From the sequence record SRR16203515_3109: a stretch of DNA of 32,380 nucleotides. One strand, written 5' to 3'. Positions 18,340 to 26,531 of this stretch are shown here, one piece after another (within the stretch, counting starts at the first letter, position 1; every line of letters begins with the position of its first letter). A model generated the notes under the pieces. That model saw only the letters and a list, made by a program, of their open reading frames with translations. It did not search any database and was not told where the DNA came from. A program made the position numbers and the translations under genes.

Positions 18340-18417
18340 TGTCTGACACTACCTTATGACTGTGTGAAATATCCTTATGGCAGTGTTAAGGATAAATTTT
18401 AGTGAATTGAATACGGA

Positions 18418-19842
18418 TTATGACCCCGTGATTAGTTGAGAAGCACCATCAATTTTCAAAAACAAATTTTCATGCTCGTTCCAATTATATTCTCCATTGT
18501 GACACTCTTCCCACGGTTCAACATCTTCACATAATGGTAGTAAACCAATATATACCTCTTGGTCTGAGTAGTCAGATTCTTGGTAAATAACCTTATACGA
18601 CAAGTCTGAGGAGTCTATGGGACGTTTGACGACCATCATGTTTGTAGGATCATCCTCTTGGTATCCGATTTCCCAGAGACTTCCTTCTAAATCCAATTTT
18701 ATTTGAGACAATATTGTTTTAAAGCCTTCTGGTGGCAGAGCGAAAGAGCCATCGTCGCTCACTTCAAAGTTGGTCAAATCTATGCTGATCCTCTTTAAAG
18801 ATTCCACACTGCCATTCTGCGGAAAGACGGCCAACCATATAGATTTGTTTTTTGTCTGTGTATCTGTATATTGCCTTGCTCCATAAAAATATGTGAAGTC
18901 TGTAGCGAAAGGCAAATTAATCGCAGTTTCATTAAGCTGCGCGTCAACAAATATCAAGCCTTTCTCTGACGTGATTGCTAGAAAACTACCATCGGAAAAG
19001 GCAGCCAATATCTCATTTCCACTTGTTGATCCAATATCGTAGTAATTTTCTTTGGTTCGCGTATGAAAAACTCTATTAGGACAGGAATAAAGAATATCTT
19101 CAGTATTGGCAGGAACTTTTATAGATAAAAGTCCGCACCCAGACATATCGACTGTATGAATAAGTCTATCATTGCTATGTGGCTCGCTAGGATAAACCCA
19201 TATACCATTTTCGTCTTTTGCCAATTCGTCGGGTGAGAAGCTATAAAAATTTTTGGTTGTGTAGTCTTCGGTCGCTACTACCATTTGTCCAGAGTACGTT
19301 ATCTCGCCAGCATAATGCTCTCTAGAAAAACCAACGCAAAAGTCGCTAGGATCTGTAGGATCTGCAATGCCATGAATTTTTCCGTTCTTTTGTAGTGTTC
19401 CAAGCAAGTAGATTTTGTTCGGGTCTAAATTATTGCAGTTCAATAGTTGCTGCATAACCGTTACTGTTACTTCGTCCACTAGGCTATATTCTTTGCCATC
19501 GAATACGGTTAATTCGATGATATATTCACCAAAGGAGTCGGTTATGAAACTTGGGGAAGAAGTTGTACCTCCGTTAAGCCTTACGTTTGAACCATTCGGC
19601 TCTTGTTTAACAGTCCACTGAAACGACAAATTATCGCCGTCCGAGTCCACACTATTACTGCCATCTAGTGAAATATATGTTTCTATATCAACACTCTGAT
19701 CGTTTCCTGCATTGGCAATTGGCGAAGTGTTTGCAGCAGGAGTAGAATCGGCTCTTTGTTCGTCGTTTGAACCACTGCTTCCGCCGCCGCATGCGCCTAA
19801 CAGAAAAAGGCTCACTACAGCCATGTGTCTAAAATCCATCAT
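18418..19842 (-). CDS. Lipoprotein with PKD/Ig-like domain and unknown Cys-containing C-terminal region
   Basis: Lipobox LGAC-GGGSS; PKD motif 'NTSPIANAGNDQSV...LDGSNSVDSDGDNLSFQW...GEYIIELTVFDG'. Confidence 0.8.
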   Translation of the reverse strand: MMDFRHMAVVSLFLLGACGGGSSGSNDEQRADSTPAANTSPIANAGNDQSVDIETYISLDGSNSVDSDGDNLSFQWTVKQEPNGSNVRLNGGTTSSPSFITDSFGEYIIELTVFDGKEYSLVDEVTVTVMQQLLNCNNLDPNKIYLLGTLQKNGKIHGIADPTDPSDFCVGFSREHYAGEITYSGQMVVATEDYTTKNFYSFSPDELAKDENGIWVYPSEPHSNDRLIHTVDMSGCGLLSIKVPANTEDILYSCPNRVFHTRTKENYYDIGSTSGNEILAAFSDGSFLAITSEKGLIFVDAQLNETAINLPFATDFTYFYGARQYTDTQTKNKSIWLAVFPQNGSVESLKRISIDLTNFEVSDDGSFALPPEGFKTILSQIKLDLEGSLWEIGYQEDDPTNMMVVKRPIDSSDLSYKVIYQESDYSDQEVYIGLLPLCEDVEPWEECHNGEYNWNEHENLFLKIDGASQLITGS

Positions 19843-19872
19843 ATTCCCTATTGTTATTATAAAAATTACTAC

Positions 19873-20034
19873 TTATTTTTTTATTTTCTTGGCAACGGAA
19901 AAAGGTTTCACACCACTTGAGCTCACTCTTAAAGTGAGTTCAGGAACTTTCAAATCTCGATATTCGTTCCTTCCATTTCTTGGAGGCACAATTTTATTTA
20001 ACGCTGCGATTGTGAAGTTGAATTTCTTATCCAT
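19873..20034 (-). pseudogene. Truncated tyrosine integrase: N-terminal arm-type DNA-binding domain only (53 aa)
   Basis: Manual translation gives MDKKFNFTIAALNKIVPPRNGRNEYRDLKVPELTLRVSSSGVKPFSVAKKIKK*, with GAGGT RBS 5 nt upstream. It matches the 'FT...Y.D..VP.L.LRV..SG.K.F' arm-domain pattern. Not in the ORF track. Confidence 0.8.
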
Positions 20035-20050
20035 AGCGCACCTCAGAAAT

Positions 20051-20084
20051 TCTGGGGATACCGCTGGGGAGTATCTGGGGATAC
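20051..20084. repeat. Three tandem CTGGGGA repeats, putative integrase arm-type binding sites
   Basis: TCTGGGGATAC (20051), GCTGGGGAGTA (20063) and TCTGGGGATAC (20074), at 11-12 bp period, immediately upstream of the integrase stub. Confidence 0.65.
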
Positions 20085-20203
20085 TTTGAGTGTATATTTT
20101 GGTCTATTTTGGTTAATTTCGAGTAATATTGCATTTCCATATGATCGCGTTACATCCCATGTATATTAACGTCCGTTAACCTTAACACATTTCTTTCAGG
20201 CAT

Positions 20204-20229
20204 AAAAAAGCCTTTCCAAAGGAAAGGCT
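20204..20229 (-). terminator. Intrinsic terminator of the candidate sRNA
   Basis: Minus strand AGCCUUUCC-uuu-GGAAAGGCU followed by a U-tract. No protein gene ends upstream of it on this strand. Confidence 0.85.
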
Positions 20230-20310
20230 GAAATGCTCGCTGTATGGGCTTGTATATCAAGCTTCTTATTAATTATATTTTTGATTTTTTTTATTATTAT
20301 CTTTGCGCGG
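20204..20310 (-). ncRNA. Candidate small RNA (~105 nt) with A-rich 5' half
   Basis: Own sigma70-like promoter upstream and intrinsic terminator at the 3' end; no credible ORF; internal GCUUG/CAAGC hairpin at 20248-20262. Family not recognised, and the 5' end is approximate. Confidence 0.55.
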
Positions 20311-20315
20311 GGTAA

Positions 20316-20344
20316 TTTATAGCAAAGCACTATTTTCCATGCAA
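20316..20344 (-). promoter_or_regulatory. Sigma70-like promoter of the candidate sRNA
   Basis: Minus strand TTGCAT-17 nt-TATAAA with an extended TG (TGcTATAAA), followed by a GC-rich CCCCGCGC stretch. Confidence 0.55.
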
Positions 20345-20506
20345 CAACTTTAATAGAGCTAAAACTCGACGATTATTTTCGTACATAAGAGGTTGATAAG
20401 TTCGTCTGATATAAGCGGTTGCCTACATTGAATATTTCGAGCCAGTGCTCGATATCACAGCAAGTTGTGAGTTTTTAAATAAAAAGCTTGAAAGCGTTAT
20501 ATAGAA

Positions 20507-20548
20507 TTGATTTGAGTCATAGATCCGAAATCCGCGTGGTGCTAGAAT
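20507..20548 (+). promoter_or_regulatory. hemE promoter: FNR-like box plus extended -10
   Basis: TTGAT-ttga-GTCAT (8/10 match to TTGAT-N4-ATCAA) at 20507-20520, and TGcTAGAAT at 20540-20548. Confidence 0.55.
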
Positions 20549-20578
20549 GTGCGCCATTAAAGTTAAGAGGAATCGTTA

Positions 20579-21646
20579 GTGACTGAATTAAAGAATGACA
20601 ACTATTTACGTGCTTTGTTACGACAACCTGTAGATTACACTCCTGTTTGGATGATGAGACAGGCTGGTCGATATTTGCCTGAGTACAGAGAAGTACGCAA
20701 AGACGCTGGCGATTTTATGTCAGTATGTCGCGATGCAGATTTAGCATGTGAAGTAACTATTCAGCCACTTCGTAGATTTCCGCTTGATGCCGCTATTCTT
20801 TTTAGTGACATATTAACTATTCCTGACGCGATGGGTTTAGGTCTTTACTTCGAAACGGGTGAAGGCCCTAAATTTGAGCGTCCAATCACCTGTAAAGCAG
20901 ATGTAGACAAAATCGGTATTCCTGATCCCGAAGGCGAATTGCAATATGTAATGAATGCCGTTCGTACGATCAAAAAAGAACTTAATGGTAGCGTACCGCT
21001 CATTGGTTTTTCAGGCAGCCCATGGACGCTTGCAACCTATATGATTGAAGGTGGCAGTTCTAAAGGCTTTACTAAGATCAAAAAAATGATGTTTGCTGAA
21101 CCGCAAACGTTGCATTTGTTATTAGATAAGTTGGCAGAGTCAGTTATCTCTTACCTAAATGCTCAAATTGCTGCTGGCGCTCAGTCGGTGATGGTATTTG
21201 ATACATGGGGTGGTGTGCTTTCTCCACGTGATTACAAAGAATTCTCACTACAGTACATGCACAAAATCGTCGATGGCCTAACTCGTCATAATGACGGTCG
21301 CCAAGTGCCAGTAACGCTATTTACTAAAAACGGTGGCATGTGGCTAGAAGATATCGCAGCGACGGGATGTGATGCGGTTGGTTTGGATTGGACGATTGAT
21401 ATCGAAAACGCCAAAGCACGAGTAGGCGATAAGGTAGCATTACAAGGTAACATGGACCCTTCAATGCTTTACGCGCCATTGCCTAGAATTGAACAGGAAG
21501 TTTCTAAAATTCTTGCTGGATTTGGTGAAGGCGGAACAGGTCACGTATTCAACTTAGGCCATGGTATTCACCCTGATGTGAATCCTGATCATGCAGGGCA
21601 TTTTATAGAGTCTGTGCACCGTTTATCGAAGCCATACCATAAATAA
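20579..21646 (+). CDS. hemE: Uroporphyrinogen decarboxylase
   Basis: '[15 protein letters not shown]', '[10 protein letters not shown]', 'LQGNMDP' and 'HVFNLGHGI'; GTG start with GAGGA RBS. Confidence 0.98.
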   Translation: MTELKNDNYLRALLRQPVDYTPVWMMRQAGRYLPEYREVRKDAGDFMSVCRDADLACEVTIQPLRRFPLDAAILFSDILTIPDAMGLGLYFETGEGPKFERPITCKADVDKIGIPDPEGELQYVMNAVRTIKKELNGSVPLIGFSGSPWTLATYMIEGGSSKGFTKIKKMMFAEPQTLHLLLDKLAESVISYLNAQIAAGAQSVMVFDTWGGVLSPRDYKEFSLQYMHKIVDGLTRHNDGRQVPVTLFTKNGGMWLEDIAATGCDAVGLDWTIDIENAKARVGDKVALQGNMDPSMLYAPLPRIEQEVSKILAGFGEGGTGHVFNLGHGIHPDVNPDHAGHFIESVHRLSKPYHK

Positions 21647-21665
21647 AAACGGTTAATTCAAGTTT

Positions 21666-21704
21666 AAAAGCCAGCATTACTAAGGTAGTAACGCTGGCTT
21701 TTTT
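21666..21704 (+). terminator. Intrinsic terminator after hemE (probably bidirectional)
   Basis: AAAAGCCAGC-attac...gtaac-GCTGGCTTTTTT. Confidence 0.85.
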
Positions 21705-21790
21705 GTATCTACACGTTATGAAAATATAAAATCACGGCTGCGGTAAGAATAGGTTACCTCATTCCTTTATTAGCTAATTAAATACCTTAG

Positions 21791-22690
21791 TTATTCAGGA
21801 TTATGGCATCGCTTAATTTCGGCAATAAGCGCTTCGGCCAATGGCGATAATGCGTTGTTCTTTGGTGAAATTAGCATGACGGGAATTTGATAAGAGTACT
21901 TCTCAGGGCGAATTGCTTTAAACAATCCTTTTTCTACCCAATAGCTTGCATAGTGCTCAGGCAAATAACCGATAAACTCGCCCGACAATATTAAATGCGC
22001 TATACCTTCATCATGGTAAGCAGTCGCCGTGTTTTGATAGTTTAAACCATCATTTCTTACTTCTTTATCACGCATATAGTTACTCGTGATCACTTCTGCA
22101 TTTTTAAGTAGTTTGGTTACTTCACTTAACTTACAGTTAAATAATGGATGCTCTTTTCCGCAATAAAGATAGTTGGTTTCGTTATGTAGAGGATAATAAT
22201 CTAAACCTCTAATATGATGGCGACTAACGCCTAACCCTACTAGCGAACGGCCATTTACGACCGAAGTTTCCACTTCCCTTGCTTCACAAACATTAATATC
22301 AAATTGAATATTATTGCCCTTTGCTCTTAATGCTGAAATTGCGCGCGAGACACCGCATCGTGGATCGCTGACGAAAGTATCTATTGTTGAAATGGTAACG
22401 CGGCCAGACAATTCGTCTTTAGAAGTCGCAATGGTTGATGCAAATGCTTCGCACTGTTGCAGTAACTCTAACGACGCTTGGTAAGTAACTCGTCCTGGCT
22501 CGGTCAACTCAAAACCGCTTCTTCCACGTTTACAGAGTTTAATTCCTAGCCTAACCTCTAGATCAGACAAGTGAGCACTGATTGTTGAACGACCAATATT
22601 TAAACGGGATTCTGCTGCAGATAAACCGCCGCACTCCACTATGGCGACAAATATTCTCAGTAAACGTAAATCAACGTCATGGATCTGCAT
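21791..22690 (-). CDS. LysR family transcriptional regulator divergent from hutH
   Basis: HTH 'DLRLLRIFVAIVECGGLSAAESRLNIGRSTISAHLSDLEVRLG...CKRGRSGFELT'; 299 aa. Confidence 0.95.
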   Translation of the reverse strand: MQIHDVDLRLLRIFVAIVECGGLSAAESRLNIGRSTISAHLSDLEVRLGIKLCKRGRSGFELTEPGRVTYQASLELLQQCEAFASTIATSKDELSGRVTISTIDTFVSDPRCGVSRAISALRAKGNNIQFDINVCEAREVETSVVNGRSLVGLGVSRHHIRGLDYYPLHNETNYLYCGKEHPLFNCKLSEVTKLLKNAEVITSNYMRDKEVRNDGLNYQNTATAYHDEGIAHLILSGEFIGYLPEHYASYWVEKGLFKAIRPEKYSYQIPVMLISPKNNALSPLAEALIAEIKRCHNPE

Positions 22691-22839
22691 TAGGGAGCCT
22701 TAATAAAGTTTGATAATTTCGGAATAAGCTACGGTTATTATCTATCTATAAAACAAACAGGGCAAGGTAAAATAACTTCATTAAAAGAAGTTTACGCGTA
22801 AATTTTACATAAAATTCAAAGGTAAGTAGGAGTAGCAAG

Positions 22840-24342
22840 ATGACGTTTAAGTATGGTATTGATCGCCTTGATCTTGATATTGTAAATGGGATTGCCGATG
22901 GCAGTATTAAGGCTGAACTAAGCCAAGAAGCGTTGGACAAGATCAATGTTAGCCGACAACGAGTAGAAAAAATGGCGGCTTCAAAAGAAGCGGTTTACGG
23001 TATTAATACCGGTTTTGGTCCCTTATGCGATACGCAAATCACGCCGGAAGAAACGAACCTCTTGCAAAAAAACTTGCTAATTACCCATGCCGTTGGCGTG
23101 GGCGAGCCCATCGCCAAAGAAATTTCTAAGCTAATGCTGATCACCAAAGTACATGCGTTAAGCCAAGGTTACTCGGGGATTCGCCTAATTACTGTTGAAA
23201 GAATGCTAACGTTTCTCGAACTTGACTTGATTCCTGTCGTACCAGAGCAAGGTTCTGTGGGAGCCTCAGGAGATTTAGCACCACTTTCTCATTTATTTTT
23301 ACCTCTACTTGGAGAAGGCGAATTCTGGCAAAACGGTGAAATTGTACCTGCGGCGAAATTGCTAAAAGAACATAACATCGAGCCGATGGAATTACAGGCG
23401 AAAGAAGGTCTAGCGTTAATTAACGGAACGCAATTTATTTTGTCTCACGCGATTACTGGCCTGAGTAAAATGCGCTACTTATTGGACCTTGCTGATTTAG
23501 CAGGCGCCATGAGTATTGAAGGCATGCAAGGCAGCGAGCAACCGTTTAGAGAAGAACTGCACGCAACACGTCCTTTTGCAGGCAATATTGAAGTTGCTAC
23601 TCGTATGCGTAGCTTTTTTAATGGCTCTGAAAATATGGCATCTCACGAAGAGTGTGACCGTGTTCAAGACCCTTACTCTTTGCGTTGTATCCCACAAGTG
23701 CACGGCGCGTCACGTAACGCATACAATCACTTAAAAGAACTTGCCGAAACTGAAATGAATTCAGTGACCGACAACCCAATTGTTATTAGCAGTGAAGAAG
23801 CCATTTCAGGCGGCAGCTTCCATGGTCAACCTTTAGCAATGGTTTTGGATTATGCATCCATTGCTGCTGCGGAACTGGGTAATATTTCTGACCGTCGTTG
23901 TTATTTATTACTTGAAGGCTTGCATGGGTTACCGCGTTTATTGACTTCTTCGGGTGGATTGAATTCAGGCATGATGATCCCACAATATGCGACAGCCGCA
24001 TTGGTTACTGAAAATAAATCGCTTTGTTTCCCACCGTCAGCTGACAGTGTACCAACATCAATGGGACAAGAAGATCATGTTTCAATGGGCAGTATTTCTA
24101 GTCGCAAGCTTAATCAAATACTTGGTAACCTAGAGAAAATTTTTGCAATCGAACTTATGTATGCAGCACAAGCAATTGACTTTAGACGTCCTAATAGATG
24201 TGCAGAGATTATCGAGCATAACTTTGCTGTAATTAGAGCCGAAGTCGATAAGCTTGAAGAAGATAGGCTACTTAAGCCTGATATTGACGCGCTAATCAGA
24301 CTTGTTAAATCTCAAGCTTTTACGGTTAACTTAGTTAAATAA
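22840..24342 (+). CDS. hutH: Histidine ammonia-lyase
   Basis: 'VYGINTGFG'; MIO motif 'GSVGASGDLAPL'; 'KEGLALINGTQ'; 'VQDPYSLRCIPQVHG'; 'QEDHVSMG'; His at the specificity position (ITHAVG). Confidence 0.97.
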   Translation: MTFKYGIDRLDLDIVNGIADGSIKAELSQEALDKINVSRQRVEKMAASKEAVYGINTGFGPLCDTQITPEETNLLQKNLLITHAVGVGEPIAKEISKLMLITKVHALSQGYSGIRLITVERMLTFLELDLIPVVPEQGSVGASGDLAPLSHLFLPLLGEGEFWQNGEIVPAAKLLKEHNIEPMELQAKEGLALINGTQFILSHAITGLSKMRYLLDLADLAGAMSIEGMQGSEQPFREELHATRPFAGNIEVATRMRSFFNGSENMASHEECDRVQDPYSLRCIPQVHGASRNAYNHLKELAETEMNSVTDNPIVISSEEAISGGSFHGQPLAMVLDYASIAAAELGNISDRRCYLLLEGLHGLPRLLTSSGGLNSGMMIPQYATAALVTENKSLCFPPSADSVPTSMGQEDHVSMGSISSRKLNQILGNLEKIFAIELMYAAQAIDFRRPNRCAEIIEHNFAVIRAEVDKLEEDRLLKPDIDALIRLVKSQAFTVNLVK

Positions 24343-24354
24343 TTGGAGGCCTTT

Positions 24355-26370
24355 ATGATGGACACAACAATGAATTTTAAAGAAAGCATTCAACAAGGTA
24401 TTCCAAACGAGTTACCTGCAGCTAAGCCTTACCCTGCAAACGCCAATCGTGCGCCTAAGCGTAAAGACATCCTTTCAATTGAAGAAAAGCAACTAGCGGT
24501 CAGAAACGCCTTACGTTACTTTCCGAAAGAATGGCATCAAGAATTAGCAATTGAGTTTGCGCAAGAGCTTAAAGATTTTGGCCGAATCTACATGTATCGC
24601 TTTAAGCCTAGTTATGATTTAAAAGCGCGTTCAATGTCAGACTACCCTGCAAAGTGTGAACAAGCAGCGGCAATCATGTTGATGGTTGATAACAATTTAG
24701 ACCCTGCTGTTGCTCAACATCCAGAGGAGCTAATTACTTATGGCGGTAACGGCGCTGTATTTCAAAACTGGGCGCAATACTTATTGGCAATGAAGTATTT
24801 AAGCGAAATGGAAAGCGACCAAACGTTACACCTTTATTCTGGCCATCCGATGGGCCTATTTCCATCAAGTGAAGACGCACCACGTGTTGTTGTTACAAAT
24901 GGCATGATGATCCCAAATTATTCACAGCCAGATGATTGGGAGAAGTTCAACGCATTGGGTGTTACGCAATATGGCCAAATGACAGCTGGTTCATTCATGT
25001 ATATTGGGCCGCAAGGCATTGTACATGGTACAACTATTACGGTGATGAATGCTTTTCGAAAAGTATTAGATAAAGGTGCAACGCCCAAAGGAAAAATATT
25101 CCTAACGGCGGGTTTAGGCGGCATGAGTGGCGCACAACCTAAAGCAGGTAATATCGCAAATTGCGTAACTGTATGTGCGGAAGTTAACGCAAACGCTGCA
25201 ACCAAGCGTCACCAACAAGGTTGGGTTGACGAACTAATCGATAATATGGATGAGCTCGTTGCGCGCGTCAGAAAAGCGCACGCTAATGAAGAAGTCGTTT
25301 CAATTGCATACATAGGTAATATTGTTGATGTTTGGGAAACTTTCTACGAAGAAGAAATATTTATCCACTTAGGTTCCGACCAAACATCGCTTCATAATCC
25401 GTGGTCGGGTGGTTACTATCCGGTTGAGATCAGTTACGAAGAATCAAATAGACTGATCCGTGAAGAACCCGACGTTTTTAAAGAAAAAGTACAAGCGACA
25501 TTGAAGCGCCATGCCGCAGCAGTGAATAAACACACGGCCCGTGGCACTTATTTCTTCGATTACGGAAACGCTTTTCTGCTAGAAGCTTCTCGAGCTGGTG
25601 GCGACGTAATGGCTGAAAACGGTATCGATTTTAAATATCCATCATATGTTCAAGATATCTTAGGACCAATGTGTTTCGATTATGGCTTTGGGCCATTTCG
25701 ATGGGTATGTGCTTCAGGGAATTCATCAGATTTAGACAAAACAGACGAAATTGCTGCGCGTGTTCTGAGTAAAATCATGGAAGAGTCGCCAGAAGAAATT
25801 CAGCAACAAATGCAAGATAACATTACTTGGATTAAAGATGCTAAGCAAAATAAGCTAGTTGTCGGTTCTCAGGCTCGTATTCTTTATGCTGACGCACAAG
25901 GGCGCATGGAAATAGCGAAGGCATTCAACGATGCGATAAACAGTGGTGAAATCGGTCCTGTTGTTTTAGGGCGTGATCATCATGATGTATCGGGTACTGA
26001 CTCACCATTTCGCGAAACGTCGAATATTTATGATGGCAGTCGCTTTACAGCGGATATGGCCATTCATAATGTTATTGGTGATAGTTTCCGTGGCGCTACG
26101 TGGGTGTCTATCCATAATGGCGGTGGCGTTGGTTGGGGCGAAGTGACCAATGGTGGTTTTGGCATGTTACTTGATGGTTCCACAGCTGCAGAACGTCGCC
26201 TTAAATCAATGCTGCTATTTGACGTAAATAATGGGATTGCTCGTCGCAGTTGGGCGCGCAATGCCGAAGCTAACTTCGCGATTAAGCGCGAGATGGAACG
26301 TACGCCCAAATTAAAAGTGACACTAGCTAACTTAGTTGAAGATGACCTTCTAGATGATTTATCATTTTAA
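24355..26370 (+). CDS. hutU: Urocanate hydratase, long (671 aa) UROC1-like form
   Basis: 'YGQMTAGSFMYIGPQGIVHGT', 'GLGGMSGAQP', 'SDQTSLHNP', 'LGRDHHDVSGTDSPFRET' and 'WVSIHNGGGVGWG'; GGAGG RBS. Confidence 0.97.
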   Translation: MMDTTMNFKESIQQGIPNELPAAKPYPANANRAPKRKDILSIEEKQLAVRNALRYFPKEWHQELAIEFAQELKDFGRIYMYRFKPSYDLKARSMSDYPAKCEQAAAIMLMVDNNLDPAVAQHPEELITYGGNGAVFQNWAQYLLAMKYLSEMESDQTLHLYSGHPMGLFPSSEDAPRVVVTNGMMIPNYSQPDDWEKFNALGVTQYGQMTAGSFMYIGPQGIVHGTTITVMNAFRKVLDKGATPKGKIFLTAGLGGMSGAQPKAGNIANCVTVCAEVNANAATKRHQQGWVDELIDNMDELVARVRKAHANEEVVSIAYIGNIVDVWETFYEEEIFIHLGSDQTSLHNPWSGGYYPVEISYEESNRLIREEPDVFKEKVQATLKRHAAAVNKHTARGTYFFDYGNAFLLEASRAGGDVMAENGIDFKYPSYVQDILGPMCFDYGFGPFRWVCASGNSSDLDKTDEIAARVLSKIMEESPEEIQQQMQDNITWIKDAKQNKLVVGSQARILYADAQGRMEIAKAFNDAINSGEIGPVVLGRDHHDVSGTDSPFRETSNIYDGSRFTADMAIHNVIGDSFRGATWVSIHNGGGVGWGEVTNGGFGMLLDGSTAAERRLKSMLLFDVNNGIARRSWARNAEANFAIKREMERTPKLKVTLANLVEDDLLDDLSF

Positions 26371-26443
26371 TGAAGCGTTGGTGCTTCTTTAAGATCACTA
26401 AGTTTTTTAACTTCCATAACTTAAATCAGCAAACTTATACTTT

Positions 26444-26486
26444 AAAAGCCTTAGCTTACCTTTAACAAAAAGGGCTAAGGCTTTTT
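26444..26486. terminator. Bidirectional terminator after hutU
   Basis: AAAAGCCTTAGC...GCTAAGGCTTTTT inverted repeat between convergent genes. Confidence 0.8.
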
Positions 26487-26531
26487 CGTTTTTGTGAATA
26501 AATTTGTTAAATAACTTACCGTGACTTAGCG

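Noticed and set aside
20051-20084. Tandem repeats as a CRISPR array or iteron origin
   Set aside because: Units are only 11-12 bp with no spacers, and there is no cas or rep gene in the window.
19712-20089. 125-aa plus-strand ORF
   Set aside because: It is an antisense shadow of the PKD gene start and the integrase stub, with no recognisable protein features.
20248-20262. GCTTGTATATCAAGC as a second HutC operator
   Set aside because: It is one base short of CTTGTATATACAAG, which breaks the TGTA-N2-TACA dyad. It is better explained as a hairpin inside the sRNA candidate.
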